A stretch of DNA of 64,000 bases, taken from IMG/VR virus record IMGVR_UViG_3300022926_000008, one strand, 5' to 3'. Of the stretch, positions 60,677-64,000 are shown one piece after another (the first letter of the stretch is position 1; each line of letters starts with the position of its first letter). The position numbers and the translations under genes are program-made. The DNA comes from an uncultured virus (IMG/VR IMGVR_UViG_3300022926_000008) (taxonomy: Duplodnaviria > Heunggongvirae > Uroviricota > Caudoviricetes). The notes beneath the pieces are model-generated. The model did not search any database. It saw only the letters and a program-made list of their open reading frames with translations, and was not told where the DNA came from.

Positions 60677-61492
60677 GTGTACAAAGAAAACAGAACTTTA
60701 GACTGGATCCCACGGTTTGATGAGAGATCCAAAAACTATCCTATTAGACCGCTGCTTGGCACAAGGCGTACAGCAAGGAAAGCTACCTTTTGGCAAGAAG
60801 GAACAGTCCTAGACCAAGGTGCTGAGGGTGCCTGCGTAGGATTTGGCTGGATGGCAGATGTCTTGGCTAAGCCAGTTGCTCCAGAACAACAGCCAGCTGA
60901 AGAGCTTGGCAATTCATTGGCACAGTTCTATTATAAAGAAGCACAAAAGGTTGACCAGTGGGATGGCGAAGACTATGAGGGTACTTCTGTTCTAGCTGGT
61001 GCTAAGGTAATGAAAGAGTATGGTCTTATTTCAGAGTATCGTTGGTGCTTCTCTGTAGAAGATATCATTGATGCAGTATGTTTAAAGGGCCCAGTAGTCT
61101 TGGGTGTTCCATGGTTCCAGTCAATGTACCGCACATTGACTGGCGGTCTTGTTTATATTGATACTACAAAAGAGCCAGTCGGCGGACACTGTATTACAAT
61201 TACTGGGTATGATCCTGCCATGCAAATTGGAAGGCAGACACTTGAGGTATTTAGATGGAGAAATTCTTGGGGCCACGACTATGGCGATGGAGGATCTGGA
61301 TACATTAAGGTTTCAGACCTTAAAAGACTTTTTGAGCACGGGCAGGGTGCAGAAGCCTGTATTCCTCTAGTGAGAAACAAGCCAGTTCTTGAGTTCCCAC
61401 CACGCAGCATTATTAAGAAGAGAACCTTCTGGGATATTCTACTTAATGCTGTTATTCAGTGGATTAAGTTTAGGTTCTTTCCTAACGGCTAG
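60677..61492 (+). CDS. Papain-like (C1 family) cysteine peptidase
   Basis: LDQGAEGACVGF, GGHCITITGY, RNSWG: catalytic Q/C/H/N all present. Confidence 0.85.
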   Translation: MYKENRTLDWIPRFDERSKNYPIRPLLGTRRTARKATFWQEGTVLDQGAEGACVGFGWMADVLAKPVAPEQQPAEELGNSLAQFYYKEAQKVDQWDGEDYEGTSVLAGAKVMKEYGLISEYRWCFSVEDIIDAVCLKGPVVLGVPWFQSMYRTLTGGLVYIDTTKEPVGGHCITITGYDPAMQIGRQTLEVFRWRNSWGHDYGDGGSGYIKVSDLKRLFEHGQGAEACIPLVRNKPVLEFPPRSIIKKRTFWDILLNAVIQWIKFRFFPNG

Positions 61493-61521
61493 TTGACAAA
61501 GCTCATGCAGTCATATATACT
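61493..61521 (+). promoter_or_regulatory. Near-consensus sigma70/SigA promoter for the tRNA cluster
   Basis: TTGACA-17 nt-TATACT. Confidence 0.85.
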
Positions 61522-61534
61522 GGTTGCATGACAT

Positions 61535-61606
61535 TGGCCACTAGCTCAACGGCAGAGCAGAGAGCTGTTAACTCTAAGGTTCCTGGTTCGAATCCAGGGT
61601 GGCCAG
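61535..61606 (+). tRNA. tRNA-Asn(GTT)
   Basis: Acceptor TGGCCAC/GTGGCCA, anticodon loop CT-GTT-AA, GGTTCGAATCC; CCA not encoded. Confidence 0.92.
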
Positions 61607-61658
61607 CGGACCCCTATCCTAGCATCACTCAACGATATTTCACTGGATAGGGGTTCAT

Positions 61659-61729
61659 ATCGACCAAGTGTTACGGTAGCACGGCGGTCTCCAAAACCGT
61701 AGGACTAGGTTCAATTCCTAGGGTCGGTG
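61659..61729 (+). tRNA. tRNA-Trp(CCA)
   Basis: Acceptor ATCGACC/GGTCGGT, GCGGT-CTCCAAA-ACCGT, CTAGG-TTCAATT-CCTAG; atypical D arm. Confidence 0.82.
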
Positions 61730-61743
61730 CGATAATTAAATAT

Positions 61744-61817
61744 GGTCTTGTAGCTCAGTTGGTTAGAGTGCCGCCCTGTCACGGCGGAGGTCGCGGGTTC
61801 AAGTCCCGTCAAGATCG
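61744..61817 (+). tRNA. tRNA-Asp(GTC)
   Basis: GGTCTTG/CAAGATC, CCGCC-CTGTCAC-GGCGG, GGTTCAAGTCC. Confidence 0.95.
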
Positions 61818-61820
61818 CGA

Positions 61821-61893
61821 GCCTCTGTAGCTCAGGGGACAGAGCAATGGACTTCTAATCCATGTGTCGTAGGTTCGAATCCTACCAGGGGTA
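61821..61893 (+). tRNA. tRNA-Arg(TCT)
   Basis: GCCTCTG/CAGGGGT, ATGGA-CTTCTAA-TCCAT, GGTTCGAATCC. Confidence 0.93.
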
Positions 61894-61948
61894 CGAGTTA
61901 TGGTAGAATATAAGTATACTTTTATAGATAAGAAAGAGAGAGTATAAG

Positions 61949-64000
61949 ATGAGCGATGAGCCAAAATGCCCATTTCCGCATGAAAAGGTGCAAGGTGCCA
62001 AAGCACTAGCTACTGGTGAAAGTGCTAGAAAGTGGTGGCCAAATCAAGTTTCTGTGGATGCACTGCAACGCAATGGACAGAACAACAGCCCTTTTGAGAA
62101 AGACTTTGACTATTCAAAGGCTTATTCGGAGCTAGATCTCGAAAATTTAAAAAGCTTTGTGTTCGCCCTGATTACAAATTCTGGTCCAAGGTATGAAGAG
62201 GCAATTGCCGCTAGAGGTTTGGATGCAATGCCGTATGGTCAAAAGTACTGGTGGCCAGCCGACTGGGGGCACTATGGCCCTCTGTTTATTAGGCTAGCTT
62301 GGCATGCTGCTGGAACCTATAGAGTTAGTGACGGTCGTGGCGGTGCTGGCAGGGGAATGATTAGGATGGCCCCTCTTAACTCTTGGCCAGACAATGTTAA
62401 TCTAGACAAGGCAATGAGAATTCTGTGGCCAGCTAAGGAAAGGTTTGGAGACGGGATCAGCTGGGCTGACCTGTTTATTTTGGCAGGTAACCTTGCTCTG
62501 GAGTCAATGGGATTCAAGACACTGGGCTTTGCTGCAGGACGAATTGATTCGTATGAAGAAGACGATACGTACTGGGGCAACGAAACTGCATGGCTAGCTA
62601 ATGAGAGACATCGAGAGCAGACTATTCTAGATAACCCATTAGCAGCAACCCACATGGGATTAATCTATGTTAATCCAGAAGGCCCAGATGGCAATGCTGA
62701 AGATTTTACTGGGGCTGCTAGAGATATTAGGATTACATTTGGCCGAATGGCAATGAATGATGAAGAGACCGTTGCCCTTATTGCTGGAGGCCACGCTTTT
62801 GGTAAGGCACACGGCAATGGTGATCCATCTAAGGTCGGTGAGCCGCCAGCAGGAGCCCCCATTGAGCAGATTGGGTTTGGTTGGAAAAATGCTAATGGCA
62901 AGGGCAATGCTGAAGATACCGTGAGCAGCGGTCTTGAGGGGGCATGGACCCCAACACCCACCACTTGGGATAACAAGTACCTAGAGCTTTTGTATAAGTA
63001 TGAGTGGCAAAAGGTTTTAAGTCCAGCAGGAGCACAGCAGTGGGAGCCAATTGACTGCCAGCCAGAAGATATGGTTCCAGACGCACACGTTAAGGGCAAG
63101 ATGAATAAGCCAATGATGCTTACGACAGATCTAGCCCTAAGATTTGGCGACCCAGAATATGATCGAATTGCAAGATCTTTTGCAGAAGACTTCGATCGCT
63201 TCTCAGATGTTTTTGCCAAGGCATGGTTCAAGCTAACTCACCGTGACATGGGGCCCCTGGACAGATACCTTGGTGATGAGGTACCAGAAGAAGTATTTAC
63301 TTGGCAAGACCCAATTCACAAAAATACTTTCCCTGAAATTACTGATAAAGATATTAATAATTTAAGAGGCAATATTATTAAAGAGCTAGAAACTACAGGG
63401 ATTACCTTAAGCTATAACAACAAGGGGTATATTGAAAATAGAAAGCTTGACGTTCGGGATTTGGTTTTTACTGCCTGGGTGTCAGCCAGCACGTATCGTG
63501 ATAGCGATAGGCGTGGTGGTGCTAATGGTGCAAGGATTCTTCTGGAGCCAATGAAATCATGGGAGTTTGTAGACTATGAGCGTGCCCACAAAACAGTAAC
63601 ATTTTTGACAGAGATCAGAGACTCGCTAAAGATTGAGATGTCGATCGCTGACCTGATTGTTGCTGGAGGAAATATTGGTGTAGAGATTCTGGCTAAAAAT
63701 GCTGGCTTTGAGCTTAAAATGCCATTTGTTGGTGGCCGCGGTGATGCTACTCAAGATCAAATTGATGTCGAGTCTGTAGGTCACCTAGAGCCAGTACATG
63801 ATGGTTTCTTGAATTGGACCAAAGTAAAGCGTAGCTATGGCGATGGTGATAGCTCATCTAGTGCCGTTGGCGATGAAGATGGCTCAGTTAACGGCTACTT
63901 TGGTGTCGAGCTAAGTGAAGACGACCTTGAGCTCTTGCCAATTTTGGGTAATGAAAATACTCAGGCAAACGTTTCTGAAGATTACCCTACTCTGTATGGT
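61949..64000 (+). CDS. katG: Catalase-peroxidase (3' truncated by the window; absent from the ORF track)
   Basis: [87 protein letters not shown]. Confidence 0.95.
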   Translation, partial: MSDEPKCPFPHEKVQGAKALATGESARKWWPNQVSVDALQRNGQNNSPFEKDFDYSKAYSELDLENLKSFVFALITNSGPRYEEAIAARGLDAMPYGQKYWWPADWGHYGPLFIRLAWHAAGTYRVSDGRGGAGRGMIRMAPLNSWPDNVNLDKAMRILWPAKERFGDGISWADLFILAGNLALESMGFKTLGFAAGRIDSYEEDDTYWGNETAWLANERHREQTILDNPLAATHMGLIYVNPEGPDGNAEDFTGAARDIRITFGRMAMNDEETVALIAGGHAFGKAHGNGDPSKVGEPPAGAPIEQIGFGWKNANGKGNAEDTVSSGLEGAWTPTPTTWDNKYLELLYKYEWQKVLSPAGAQQWEPIDCQPEDMVPDAHVKGKMNKPMMLTTDLALRFGDPEYDRIARSFAEDFDRFSDVFAKAWFKLTHRDMGPLDRYLGDEVPEEVFTWQDPIHKNTFPEITDKDINNLRGNIIKELETTGITLSYNNKGYIENRKLDVRDLVFTAWVSASTYRDSDRRGGANGARILLEPMKSWEFVDYERAHKTVTFLTEIRDSLKIEMSIADLIVAGGNIGVEILAKNAGFELKMPFVGGRGDATQDQIDVESVGHLEPVHDGFLNWTKVKRSYGDGDSSSSAVGDEDGSVNGYFGVELSEDDLELLPILGNENTQANVSEDYPTLYG

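Noticed and set aside
61809..63231. Minus-strand ORFs at 61809, 62317, 62665 and 62892
   Set aside because: Antisense to tRNA-Arg and katG.

Overview
64-kb segment of a large, AT-rich tailed dsDNA phage, probably a siphovirus. An actinobacterial host is inferred from the nrdIEF and dnaE sequences and from many leaderless starts. Layout: (1) 1-12.6 kb, an accessory block of 11 Fe(II)/2-oxoglutarate oxygenase genes (12 domains), two DUF6065-like genes and a GT8-like glycosyltransferase. It is bracketed by two genes ending in (Pro-Pro-His-Phe)n tracts with a shared C-terminal PRFYRHxFGxK tag. (2) 12.6-40.8 kb, head, neck and tail genes. (3) 40.8-54.8 kb, replication, recombination and nucleotide genes (DnaB, primase, SSB, DnaE, RecA, Cas4-like, RuvC-like, GuaB/GMPR family). 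(4) Terminase, class Ib RNR nrdIEF with tandem NrdR-like boxes, a papain-like peptidase, four tRNAs and a catalase-peroxidase (katG) running off the window end. The top candidate novel system is a phage-encoded pathway that hydroxylates and glycosylates PPHF-repeat proteins. All calls come from reading motifs by eye; no database searches were run.
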